From Candidatus Wildermuthbacteria bacterium RIFOXYD1_FULL_50_12 (GTDB lineage: Bacteria > Patescibacteriota > Minisyncoccia > Minisyncoccales > UBA10102): a DNA stretch of 64,000 bases. How positions within the stretch are numbered: position 1 is the first letter of the stretch; every line of letters begins with the position of its first letter. Below the pieces are notes generated by a model, which was given only the letters and a program-made list of their open reading frames with translations, searched no databases and was not told the DNA's origin. The stretch is from the NCBI GenBank assembly GCA_001825035.1, contig MHUO01000004.1, positions 155,476 to 219,475 on the forward strand, written 5' to 3'. This document shows positions 20,700 to 29,583 of this stretch, piece by piece. Both the position numbers and the translations under genes were made by a program.

Positions 20700-21619
20700 T
20701 CCCTTGCTTCAACGAGGAGCGGCATATTGCAGAGTGTTTGGATTCGATACTTGCAAATAACTATCCTGCAGGGAAGGCGGAGATTTTAGTAGTGGATGGA
20801 ATGAGCAAGGATCGCACGCGAGAAATCATACAAAGGTACTCTATACCCAATACTCAATACTCTATACGTCTCCTAGATAATCCAAAAGTTATCACACCCG
20901 CGGCAATGAATATTGGGATTCAGGCAGCGAAGGGAGACGTGATTATCAAGATGGACGCACACTGCGTATATGCGAAAGATTACATCTCAAAGTGTGTCCG
21001 GCACCTGCGGGAATCCAACGCTGATAATGTGGGTGGGGTTCTAAAAGCCGTTCCCCCTAAAAATACTCTTATGGCGAAAGCCATAGCCCTTTCTCTTTCG
21101 CATGTATTTGGGGTAGGGGGTTCCTATTTCAGGACGGGCGCGGACCAGCCAAGAGAAGTAGACACCGTTGCCTTTGGTTGCTATCGCAGAGAAGTCTTTG
21201 AGAAGATCGGCCCGTATGATGAACGGATGGAAAAAACCGAGGATCTAGAGTTGAATTATCGGTTAGGAAAGGCAGGAGGGAGAATAATGTTGTTCCCCGA
21301 TATTAAGGCCGTATATTATCCTTCATCTGACACGCTGGGTTCATTTTTCCGTCACAACTTTACCGATGGCATCTGGGCGACTTATCCTCTGAAATATGGC
21401 TTCAAAGTTTCCTTGCGACATCTTATTCCCTTAATTTTTGTTCTAACCCTCCCAGTAAGTATCTGGCTCTACATTCCGGTCTCCTTGTTTTTCTCCTTAA
21501 AAATTGCGATAGTAGAGAACAACGTTGCATTATTTCTTGTTCTGCCGTTCGTTTTCGCAGCTCGTCATATCGGGTACGGCTTGGGATCTTTAGTTGGTCT
21601 CGCAAAAATAATTCTATGA
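20672..21619 (+). CDS. GT2 glycosyltransferase (ExoA-like)
   Basis: SIIVPCFNEE, VDGMSKD.T, DAH, ED.ELNYR, C-terminal TM helices. Confidence 0.85.
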   Translation: MGEKFVSIIVPCFNEERHIAECLDSILANNYPAGKAEILVVDGMSKDRTREIIQRYSIPNTQYSIRLLDNPKVITPAAMNIGIQAAKGDVIIKMDAHCVYAKDYISKCVRHLRESNADNVGGVLKAVPPKNTLMAKAIALSLSHVFGVGGSYFRTGADQPREVDTVAFGCYRREVFEKIGPYDERMEKTEDLELNYRLGKAGGRIMLFPDIKAVYYPSSDTLGSFFRHNFTDGIWATYPLKYGFKVSLRHLIPLIFVLTLPVSIWLYIPVSLFFSLKIAIVENNVALFLVLPFVFAARHIGYGLGSLVGLAKIIL

Positions 21620-22446
21620 CTACACAAGAACTCCTGCAACGGTTAGAAGCTCTCAATGAGAAGGCAAGCTCAGAATGGCTCGCGTCTTTGGAAGAGAGAA
21701 AGCGCAAAGAAATTGAGTTTCACAACGTTGATAAGGCGGGTAAAGAAAACGTCTCTCAAGATATCTATGAGAAAATTCATGAAAACGCAAAGTTTTACAA
21801 AACAACCCAGTTGAGCGGCGAGTATATAAACGACTGGATTGCGCGTCATTCTAGGGGCAAGATATTTCTTGACTATGCGTGCGGCAATGGGACCAATGCC
21901 ATAAAGGCGGCAAAAGCAGGGGCCGAGCTTGCTATTGGTTTGGATATCAGCGATGTTTCCATAGCGAACGCCCGGGCGCTTGCGCAAAAGGAAGGAGTTT
22001 CAAGAAATACGTATTTTGTCCAAGGCGATTGCGAAAATACCGGTCTCCCGGACAACTGCATTGATGTAGTTCTTTGCGCCGGCATGCTGCACCATTTGGA
22101 TTTAAGTTACGCTTTTCCCGAATTGAGAAGGATTATAAAAAAAGGTGGAGTGATACTGGCGGTTGAAGCGCTGGACTGCAATCCCGCTATTAAGGCCTAT
22201 CGCATGCTTACCCCTCATTTGCGCACCGATTGGGAAAAACGCCACATTCTTTCCTACAAAGAGATTGCCTTTGCAAGAAGGTTCTTTGAGGTCAAAGAGA
22301 TTAAGCATTGGCATTTGTTTAGCATTTTGGGTGCGTATGTGCCTTCCGGTCTGGCTTTTCTCAATACCTTGGACAAATTCGTACTCAACCTCCCCCTAAT
22401 TAAGTTGATGTCGTGGATGTTCACCTTTGAGCTGCACAAAGAGTAG
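21616..22446 (+). CDS. Class I SAM-dependent methyltransferase
   Basis: LDYACGNG, GLDIS, LHHLD. Confidence 0.85.
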   Translation: MTTQELLQRLEALNEKASSEWLASLEERKRKEIEFHNVDKAGKENVSQDIYEKIHENAKFYKTTQLSGEYINDWIARHSRGKIFLDYACGNGTNAIKAAKAGAELAIGLDISDVSIANARALAQKEGVSRNTYFVQGDCENTGLPDNCIDVVLCAGMLHHLDLSYAFPELRRIIKKGGVILAVEALDCNPAIKAYRMLTPHLRTDWEKRHILSYKEIAFARRFFEVKEIKHWHLFSILGAYVPSGLAFLNTLDKFVLNLPLIKLMSWMFTFELHKE

Positions 22447-22621
22447 AAATTTGACATTCTCACTCTTTTGTGCTTCTATAAGATGCAGAGGATTGAGTAA
22501 CCTCTAATCTGCTGCAGGAGGCAGACAGTGGGTAGTGAAGGGGTTCACGTGTGCAACGTGGACCCCTTATCTTATAAGAATTGTTTTTGCGAGAGAAAAT
22601 GGGTAAGATTGAACATATTGT

Positions 22622-23386
22622 ATGGAAGAAAGGAAGCGAAGGGAAATTGAATATTATGACGCTGAAGCGGTCCGCCAAAGAGTAAGCAGTTTTGTGCCTT
22701 CGGCTTTGGGAAGTTATCAATTTTTGTACAAAGTTGCGACACCCTGGATAAAGGGCAAAAAAGTGCTGGACTACGGATGTGGCGATGGCCGGCATACGCA
22801 GTTTCTCGCCGAACATGCGAAAGAAGTGATAGGAATTGATTTGTCAGAGAGATCTTTGGAAATAGCAAAGAAGATTGCGGTGCGAGAAGGTGTAGAGGAG
22901 AAAGTGAAGTTTTTGAAAATGGACTGCGAGGCAATGGAGTTTCCTGACAATTCGTTTGACGTAGTATTTGACGGCGGCACGTTTTCTTCTCTGGATTTTG
23001 AAAAGGCGATAGGAGAAATTATGCGCGTGCTGCAGCCGGACGGAGCGCTCGTGGGCATCGAAACGTTTGGGCACAATCCTTTGACAAATGCAAAGCGGGT
23101 GCTGAACCGCCTTACGGGCAAGAGAACGGCATGGGCCGCCTCGCACATCGTGCAGCAAAAAGAACTTGAGCGTTTAAGGCAGAATTTTGAGCAAATTGAG
23201 GTTTTCTATTTCCATCTTATTTCTTTGTCCGCGTTTCCGTTGCTCGATTTACCAGGAGGGCGCCTTGTGCTACGATTGCTTGAAGGAATTGATAACTTAC
23301 TCCTGCACATTCCTTTTCTGCAAAAGTACTCGTTCAAAGTAGTATTCTTGTGCAAAGACCCACGATATGGTAAAAAGATTACTTGA
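22622..23386 (+). CDS. Class I SAM-dependent methyltransferase
   Basis: VLDYGCGDG, GIDLS, FPDNSFD; paralogous N-terminus (EERKRREIE) to the previous gene. Confidence 0.85.
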   Translation: MEERKRREIEYYDAEAVRQRVSSFVPSALGSYQFLYKVATPWIKGKKVLDYGCGDGRHTQFLAEHAKEVIGIDLSERSLEIAKKIAVREGVEEKVKFLKMDCEAMEFPDNSFDVVFDGGTFSSLDFEKAIGEIMRVLQPDGALVGIETFGHNPLTNAKRVLNRLTGKRTAWAASHIVQQKELERLRQNFEQIEVFYFHLISLSAFPLLDLPGGRLVLRLLEGIDNLLLHIPFLQKYSFKVVFLCKDPRYGKKIT

Positions 23387-23960
23387 TCTCGTACTCTCTT
23401 CTATCGGACTGTTTCTCGCCTCGCCTTTTCTTCTTATCATTGCGCTTGCAATAAAGCTGGATTTGCCGGGGCCTGTATTTTACAGAGGCGTGCGGGTAGG
23501 GAAGCATGGAAAACAGTTTCGCATGTTTAAGTTTCGCAGCATGGTAGCAAACGCAGACAAAATCGGAGGGCCATCAACAGCAGGAGATGATCCTCGGCTT
23601 ACTCCTGTAGGGAAGCTTTTGAAGAAATATCAGTTGGACGAACTTCCCCAGCTTTTCAATGTGCTGAGAGGCGAGATGAGTATTGTGGGGCCGAGGCCTG
23701 AGGTTCCTTTGTATGTGGATATGATGACAGAAGAGGAGAAACGTGTTATTCTCTCTGTGCGGCCGGGGATGACGGACTGGGCTTCTTTGTGGAATTTTCA
23801 CGAAGGGGAAATTTTGCGGGGAAGCAAGGATCCGGAAAAAACATATCAGGAGAAAATTCGGCCCGAAAAAATCCGCCTGCAGATGAAGTACGTGAAAGAA
23901 CGAAATCTTTGGGTGGACTTAAAAATTATTGTCAAGACGGTTCTGGAGATATTTCAATGA
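23367..23960 (+). CDS. Small monotopic phosphoglycosyl transferase (Bac_transf/PglC-like)
   Basis: KRLLD, FKFRSM, DELPQL.NVL.GEMS.VGPRP. Confidence 0.9.
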   Translation: MVKRLLDLVLSSIGLFLASPFLLIIALAIKLDLPGPVFYRGVRVGKHGKQFRMFKFRSMVANADKIGGPSTAGDDPRLTPVGKLLKKYQLDELPQLFNVLRGEMSIVGPRPEVPLYVDMMTEEEKRVILSVRPGMTDWASLWNFHEGEILRGSKDPEKTYQEKIRPEKIRLQMKYVKERNLWVDLKIIVKTVLEIFQ

Positions 23961-24748
23961 CAGCCAATGAATACAACAACATAGCGAACGACGCTCGGAA
24001 AAAAGTGCTTGAGATGATTTATCGGGCTCAATCGAGTCATCTTGGAAGCAATTTTAGTTGCATTGATATCTTGAGCGTTCTTTTTGAACGGATGGATTTA
24101 AAGAAAGATAAGTTTATTGCAAGTAAGGGTTGGGTTGCAGCTTCCGTGTATTATTTTCTTTCCCAAAAGGGTGTTATACCCGAGGCGGATTTGGAACGAT
24201 ATTGTCAGCCGGGCGAAGAGAAGTACATCGGTCTCGTTGAGCCAAGAGGAGTATTCGGTATGGAATTTGCGGGAGGGAGTATGGGGTATGGCTTGCCTGC
24301 TGGCGTTGGTTTTGCGCTCGCAAAAAGATTAAACAGAGAGGAGGGGAATATTCACGTACTTATGTCAGACGGAGAGATGCAAACAGGAACGACATGGGAA
24401 TCGGTGCTTATTGCTAAACACCACAATCTTTCCAATGTGGTGGTTTGGGTGGACAACAATCGCCTGCAGGCGATGGGAGAAACAAAAGCTATCCTCAACG
24501 TGGAGCCTATAGATGAGCGCGTGCGATTGTTCGGGTGGGACGTCCAGCGAATAGACGGTCATGATTTTCTCGCTACTGAGTCTGTCTTCCAGAAACTTGG
24601 AGGATCTTCACCGCATATGATTGTATGCGACACGGTGAAAGGGAAAGGGTGGAAGCGAGCGGAACATAACAATCTTTATCATTATAAGAACATTTCCGAG
24701 GAAGAATTTACCGAAGCAATGCAAGAATTATCAGCTTCCCATGGGTGA
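23957..24748 (+). CDS. Second transketolase N-terminal subunit (divergent)
   Basis: SHLGSNFS, ASKGW, GSMGYGL, SDGEMQTG..WE. Confidence 0.8.
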   Translation: MTANEYNNIANDARKKVLEMIYRAQSSHLGSNFSCIDILSVLFERMDLKKDKFIASKGWVAASVYYFLSQKGVIPEADLERYCQPGEEKYIGLVEPRGVFGMEFAGGSMGYGLPAGVGFALAKRLNREEGNIHVLMSDGEMQTGTTWESVLIAKHHNLSNVVVWVDNNRLQAMGETKAILNVEPIDERVRLFGWDVQRIDGHDFLATESVFQKLGGSSPHMIVCDTVKGKGWKRAEHNNLYHYKNISEEEFTEAMQELSASHG

Positions 24749-25247
24749 AATAATCCAACAACAGGATAATCGGCGAGCGTTTATTGACACGCTCTGCGAA
24801 CTGGCTGAAAAAGACAAGAACATCGTTTTTATTATCCCGGATGTCGGGTTTAACTATGCAGAGAAATTCCAGAAATTGTATCCGGAGCGTTTTTTCAATT
24901 TCGGCGTGACAGAAGCAAGCTCAACCATTATTGCAGCCGCCCTGGCTTTGGACGGAAAGAAACCCTATCTTTATTCCATGATCAATTTTGTTACGTTCCG
25001 CGTGCACGAAATGTTACGCAACGCCGTGTGTATGCACCAGGCAAATGTCAAAATACTCGGAGTAAAGGGATCTGAAAAATACAAACTTTTGGGCTTTAGC
25101 CATAATCTTCTTGCCGAAGACGAGGAGATAGATTTTTTGAATAAGTTGCCTGGCATGAAAACGTATATTCCCCAAACCCCAGAAGAAACAAGGAATATTA
25201 TTTTGGAAACGTACCAGTCGCCAACTCCTGCTTACATTAGATTGTAA
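24741..25247 (+). CDS. Transketolase pyrimidine-binding domain only (short subunit)
   Basis: NFGVTEA, LGFSH, ends at PAYIRL without the C-terminal domain. Confidence 0.75.
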   Translation: MGEIIQQQDNRRAFIDTLCELAEKDKNIVFIIPDVGFNYAEKFQKLYPERFFNFGVTEASSTIIAAALALDGKKPYLYSMINFVTFRVHEMLRNAVCMHQANVKILGVKGSEKYKLLGFSHNLLAEDEEIDFLNKLPGMKTYIPQTPEETRNIILETYQSPTPAYIRL

Positions 25248-25273
25248 AAGCGCGAGGACAAGAATTTGTCAAA

Positions 25274-25302
25274 TTGCGGAGGGGAGGTGTGTGAGGTATA
25301 AT
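25274..25302 (+). promoter_or_regulatory. Sigma70 promoter TTGCGG-17-TATAAT, 8 nt before ATG
   Basis: Direct sequence match with 17-nt spacer. Confidence 0.65.
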
Positions 25303-25310
25303 TTTGCTAT

Positions 25311-26525
25311 ATGGCAAGATCTGCTTTTGGAGCTTTGGGCCGCGAGGTTCGAACAAGGAATATTTCCAAACGTATCCAAAAAACAGTCCTCTCGCCGATT
25401 AAAGAGATGTCGCTTTTGGCTGACGAGGCTGGAGGGGATATTATCTCTTTTGGTCAAGGCATCCCATACTTTGATACGCCAGAGTATATTAAAGACGGCA
25501 TCCGCGCCGCCCTGCAAGAAAAAGATACGGCGCGCTATACGTTAGAGCCCGGCATTACCGAACTGCGAGAGCTTATCGCAAAAGATTTAATGACGCGCAA
25601 GGGGATTCAAGGCGTCAATTTCAGGCGCGAAGTTATGGTAAACAGCGGCTGCCAAGAGGCGATTATGTGCGCTCTGGCCACGCTTATTGATGAGGGCGAC
25701 GAGGTGCTTTTGCTTTCGCCTTCCTTCGCTTCCTATTCAGAACAGATTCTCCAACTTGGCGGCACACCCGTGTTTGTGCCGCTGGAGGAGGAGCGTGGCT
25801 GGCGCTTGAATACGCAAGCGGTACGCGACGCGATAAGCAAGAAAACGAAAGCGATTTTGTTTTCCCATCCGTCAAACCCCACAGGCACTGTTTTTACCAA
25901 AGAAGAGCTGAGGAGTTTAACTGATATTGCCAAAGAAAACGATTTAGTGGTGATTGTTGACGAAACATACGATTTTCTTACCTACGAAGGCATTGAGCAT
26001 GTTTCGCCAGCTTCTTTTCCCGACATTCGAGACCGCGTGATTCTGTGCGGGAGTTTTTCCAAAAAGTACGCGCTTACCGGTTACCGAGTGGGGTATGCGT
26101 TTGCCGAGCAGGGGATTATGGATCATATGCTCAAAGTGCACGACGCCCTGCAGATTTGCGCGCCCGCCATTTCTCAAAAGGCCGCCATTGCCGCGTTGCG
26201 CGGAGATCAGAAAAGCGTTGCAGAATTCAGGGAGAAGCTTGGAGAGAATCGCGAACGTATGTGTCAGAAATTGGACGAACTCTCCGATTTTTTTGAATAC
26301 CAAAAACCAGATGGTGCTTATTATATCCTTGCCAAGGTGGAAAAACCGCAGATGCCTTCGGTTGAGCTCGCGATAAAAATTCTCCGAGAGGCCAAAGTGA
26401 TTACCATCCCCGGAATTGCGTTTGGGCCCGCGGGCGAAGGCCACTTGCGGTTCTCTTTTGCCTGCAGTCCCGAGGAGATTGAAGAGGGTTTCCGCCGTCT
26501 TGCAAACTGGTTCAAGGCCCTTTAG
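25311..26525 (+). CDS. Class I/II PLP aminotransferase (AspC-like)
   Basis: PSNPTG, DETY, SFSKKYALTGYRVG, LRFSF. Confidence 0.9.
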   Translation: MARSAFGALGREVRTRNISKRIQKTVLSPIKEMSLLADEAGGDIISFGQGIPYFDTPEYIKDGIRAALQEKDTARYTLEPGITELRELIAKDLMTRKGIQGVNFRREVMVNSGCQEAIMCALATLIDEGDEVLLLSPSFASYSEQILQLGGTPVFVPLEEERGWRLNTQAVRDAISKKTKAILFSHPSNPTGTVFTKEELRSLTDIAKENDLVVIVDETYDFLTYEGIEHVSPASFPDIRDRVILCGSFSKKYALTGYRVGYAFAEQGIMDHMLKVHDALQICAPAISQKAAIAALRGDQKSVAEFREKLGENRERMCQKLDELSDFFEYQKPDGAYYILAKVEKPQMPSVELAIKILREAKVITIPGIAFGPAGEGHLRFSFACSPEEIEEGFRRLANWFKAL

Positions 26526-27340
26526 GAGATGAGGATGGATAAGACCGTGCGATCCGAACCGAATGTTTCCGGGTTCTCTTTCGCCTTTTGGGCGGAAAAT
26601 GCATCCAACGTCGATGTATTTCCTTTCCGAAGTAGGTTTACGAATTCGGGGAATTGGAAATACGGCTCAAAACCATCGGAGTATAACACGATAAGATCTT
26701 CAGAATGGACGCGTACGGTGCCTATTCTGTAATACAACGCGGCCTCTTGCTCTCCGGTAAAAGCGCCGTATCCTGATCCGTTAGAATTATTGCGCAGTTC
26801 TTTTTTTATCAATTCTCGTCTCTCTCTTACGTCTTCCATCTGCATGTAAGGAGCAATTATTGGTTTGAGTGTGTTTTCCGTTTGAAACAAGAGCTCGTTA
26901 TTTTTATTGAACAAAGCGAGGCCGCAATCGCTGAGATACCCATAGAGAAGAGCGGAGCGAGAGATTGTCGCGGCAACGCCTACGCAGTCAAAAAAGTCCC
27001 GCTCCCGATAATTGATGGCGCTCTTGGTCATCCCCTCGTTTTCGTTCATCTCGCGGATTCTGTCGTTTGCGAAGTTGAGTGCTTCGCGGATTGTTTCTTC
27101 CTGCGGATTCGCGCCTTTCTCAAATTCTTTTTCGAGATACTCAAGGATACTCTGACAGAAAATTTGAGCCGCGGCTCTCGCGCCCGCAGGATAAGAATAG
27201 CGCAGATCTTCAGCTACATATCGTGTGACGCCGTCTGCAACTGAAAAAATGGGGTACTTTTCTGAAGCCAAAAAATAATCCTCGTTGGGCTTTCGATTGA
27301 ATTTAACGGCATCCGTGTAGGTGGCGGAAAATGTGCGCAT
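26522..27340 (-). CDS. PP2C/PPM-like phosphatase-domain protein
   Basis: NED, VADGV, SDCG, YSDG, SDRT PPM motifs. Confidence 0.7.
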   Translation of the reverse strand: MRTFSATYTDAVKFNRKPNEDYFLASEKYPIFSVADGVTRYVAEDLRYSYPAGARAAAQIFCQSILEYLEKEFEKGANPQEETIREALNFANDRIREMNENEGMTKSAINYRERDFFDCVGVAATISRSALLYGYLSDCGLALFNKNNELLFQTENTLKPIIAPYMQMEDVRERRELIKKELRNNSNGSGYGAFTGEQEAALYYRIGTVRVHSEDLIVLYSDGFEPYFQFPEFVNLLRKGNTSTLDAFSAQKAKENPETFGSDRTVLSILIS

Positions 27341-27378
27341 ACGAGCTGATTATACCTGCGGCGTAGCTCGAATGAAAG

Positions 27379-27411
27379 AGCCCCCGACACGGTCGTGCGG
27401 TGTCGGGGGCT
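27379..27411. terminator. GC-rich hairpin/terminator
   Basis: agcccccgacac / gtgtcgggggct perfect stem just after the stop of the 28335-27439 gene. Confidence 0.65.
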
Positions 27412-27438
27412 TTGCAGTTGCGAGACGGTGGCGTTCGT

Positions 27439-28335
27439 TTAGAACACGAGCGCTATCGCTGTTGCTTCAGCCTGCTTTATATAGTTGGTTGCTGCGATTT
27501 GTTTCTCTGCGGCGCGCGCCGAGAGCAGAAGGCCTGCGAGTCCGCCGAGTTTAAACTCAGCAAGAAGTGTGCGGCAGGCTTCCTCACCGCTCGAGGTCTC
27601 CACGGATTTCGGCATCATACCGTCCGTGACGAGTAAGAGAGTGCTTACCTCTTCGAGGGGGAGAGCCCATTCTTGAAGCAGGTGGACGAGCGCGTCTTGC
27701 CCGTTGAGGATACCGTATCCTTGCGGACTTGCAGGATTGTTGGCATCTCGGCGTCTCGCATTGCGGAGCGGCTGGTAGAAGCGATTCCACATCTCACTCC
27801 GCACGGTGTCGCGATGTTCTTCTGGTACTTTTTCGAGGGTGAGTCCGAATAGTTCTCGCGCGACTTCGCGCTGGAGTCGTTTGATCTGAGCACGCATCTC
27901 TTCTTCATGGCGTTTGGCCTGGTTTGGCGTCACGAGAATTGTGTCACCTTTTAGCTCCACAATCGCCAGGCAGTTGCCTGCCTGTACTATGTTTACGCTT
28001 TTGTCATCAACCCATGCGAAGGCGAGAACGGCACCGGCAAGCTCTCCCGCGTCATCCAGCACGCCGGCATCTCGCTGTACCTTGCCAACCACCTTGTTTA
28101 TATCCAGAACAAGGTTGCGAAGGTCGGGCGACGTTGTGTGGATATGAGCAAACCTCTCGCACGTTCGCGCTACCATTTCACCGCCCGACATCCCGTCAAA
28201 CATCCGAGGAGGGGACTTTGGTGCGTATGGCGCGCTTGTGCCGTCGAGAACTCCGAAAACCCGGCTTCCCACCACGATGAGTCCGTCCTCGCGGTGTGGG
28301 GCGGAACCTTGATCATAGATTGTGCTGACCTTCAA
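27439..28335 (-). CDS. Divergent PP2C/PPM-like protein
   Basis: REDG, GVLDG, TDG motifs; GD changed to GN and the terminal DD to AE. Confidence 0.65.
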   Translation of the reverse strand: MKVSTIYDQGSAPHREDGLIVVGSRVFGVLDGTSAPYAPKSPPRMFDGMSGGEMVARTCERFAHIHTTSPDLRNLVLDINKVVGKVQRDAGVLDDAGELAGAVLAFAWVDDKSVNIVQAGNCLAIVELKGDTILVTPNQAKRHEEEMRAQIKRLQREVARELFGLTLEKVPEEHRDTVRSEMWNRFYQPLRNARRRDANNPASPQGYGILNGQDALVHLLQEWALPLEEVSTLLLVTDGMMPKSVETSSGEEACRTLLAEFKLGGLAGLLLSARAAEKQIAATNYIKQAEATAIALVF

Positions 28336-28410
28336 TTCCTTGCCTCCTTTGGTAACGAGCGGTTGATTGTAGCGAGAAAAGTGTATTATAAATTTTAACT
28401 TCTGTCAACC

Positions 28411-28439
28411 TTGCGGAGGGGGGGGGTTTGAGGTAGGAT
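28411..28439 (+). promoter_or_regulatory. Sigma70 promoter TTGCGG-17-TAGGAT with G9 tract in the spacer
   Basis: Direct sequence; G run at 28418-28426. Confidence 0.55.
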
Positions 28440-28449
28440 GAGGCATATC

Positions 28450-29568
28450 ATGGAATACAAAGTGCGGTTTGCGAACCCGGCAAAACAGTATGCCGAGCAT
28501 CGGGAAGAATTCATCAAGGCGTTTGACGACACGCTTTCTCGGGGCGCCATTGTCAACAAAGAAGAGCTTTGGCGATTTGAAGAGGAGTTTGCCAAATTCG
28601 TTGGTGTCAAATACGCGGTGGGCGTGAATTCAGGCACATCTGCGCTGGATGTGGCATTTCAGGCAGCCGGTATTGGTCCGGGAGACGAAGTAATCACCGT
28701 AGCTCACACTTTTATTGCAAGTATCTCAGTCATCTATTTGACTGGCGCCAAGCCCGTGCTCATTGACGTGGGGGAGGATTTTAATATGGATGTCAGTCAG
28801 ATTGAGAAAGCGCTTACACCAAAAACTAAAGCGATTGAGCCCGTGCATTTGAACGGACGTCTGTGTGATATGGAGGTGATTATGGAAATTGCAAAGCGGA
28901 AGGGGTTGATAGTAATTGAAGATGCGGCGCAGTCGCTCGGAGCAACCTTAAAGATGGGGGACGGAAACGTGAAGTCGGCTGGGTCCTTTGGGCTCGTCGG
29001 ATGTTTTAGTTTGTATTGGGCAAAAACGCTTGGCGGATTTGGAAATAACGGTATGGCAGTTACTGACGACCCCGAGATTGCGCAGAAAATGCGGCTGATG
29101 CGCTACAACGGAGAAAACCGAGAAGACCGAAAGTTTTATTATCACGCCCATAATTTTTTGATGGACAATGTGCACGCGGCGCTTCTGCAGGTAAAAATGA
29201 AATACCTCGCGCAATGGCTGGCACGCCGCAAAGAGATAGCCGAGCTTTATCGCAAAGAGCTTTCTACCGTGTCGCAGATCCGGCTTCCACACTTTAAGGA
29301 TTCGCGTTTCTCTGACGTCTATACCAACTATGTGATTCGGGCGGAGCGCCGCGACGAGTTAAAGCAATATCTTCAAGAACAAGGCGTGGAAACGCTCGTT
29401 TCGTGGGATACCCCTATGTACCGTCAACCATTGATGCAGCCAAACGATATTTTTCTCCCCGCAACCGAGAATGTCTGCAAGGAGGTGCTTTCCTTGCCCA
29501 TGTACCCAGAGCTCACGGATGAGGAAGTAAAGTATGCGGCCGATCAAGTTCGGAAGTTTTACTCGTAG
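28450..29568 (+). CDS. DegT/DnrJ sugar aminotransferase
   Basis: NSGTSAL, PVHLNG, EDAAQ, FSLYWAKTLG, SLPMYPEL. Confidence 0.9.
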   Translation: MEYKVRFANPAKQYAEHREEFIKAFDDTLSRGAIVNKEELWRFEEEFAKFVGVKYAVGVNSGTSALDVAFQAAGIGPGDEVITVAHTFIASISVIYLTGAKPVLIDVGEDFNMDVSQIEKALTPKTKAIEPVHLNGRLCDMEVIMEIAKRKGLIVIEDAAQSLGATLKMGDGNVKSAGSFGLVGCFSLYWAKTLGGFGNNGMAVTDDPEIAQKMRLMRYNGENREDRKFYYHAHNFLMDNVHAALLQVKMKYLAQWLARRKEIAELYRKELSTVSQIRLPHFKDSRFSDVYTNYVIRAERRDELKQYLQEQGVETLVSWDTPMYRQPLMQPNDIFLPATENVCKEVLSLPMYPELTDEEVKYAADQVRKFYS

Positions 29569-29583
29569 TGAGCTCGTCGAACT

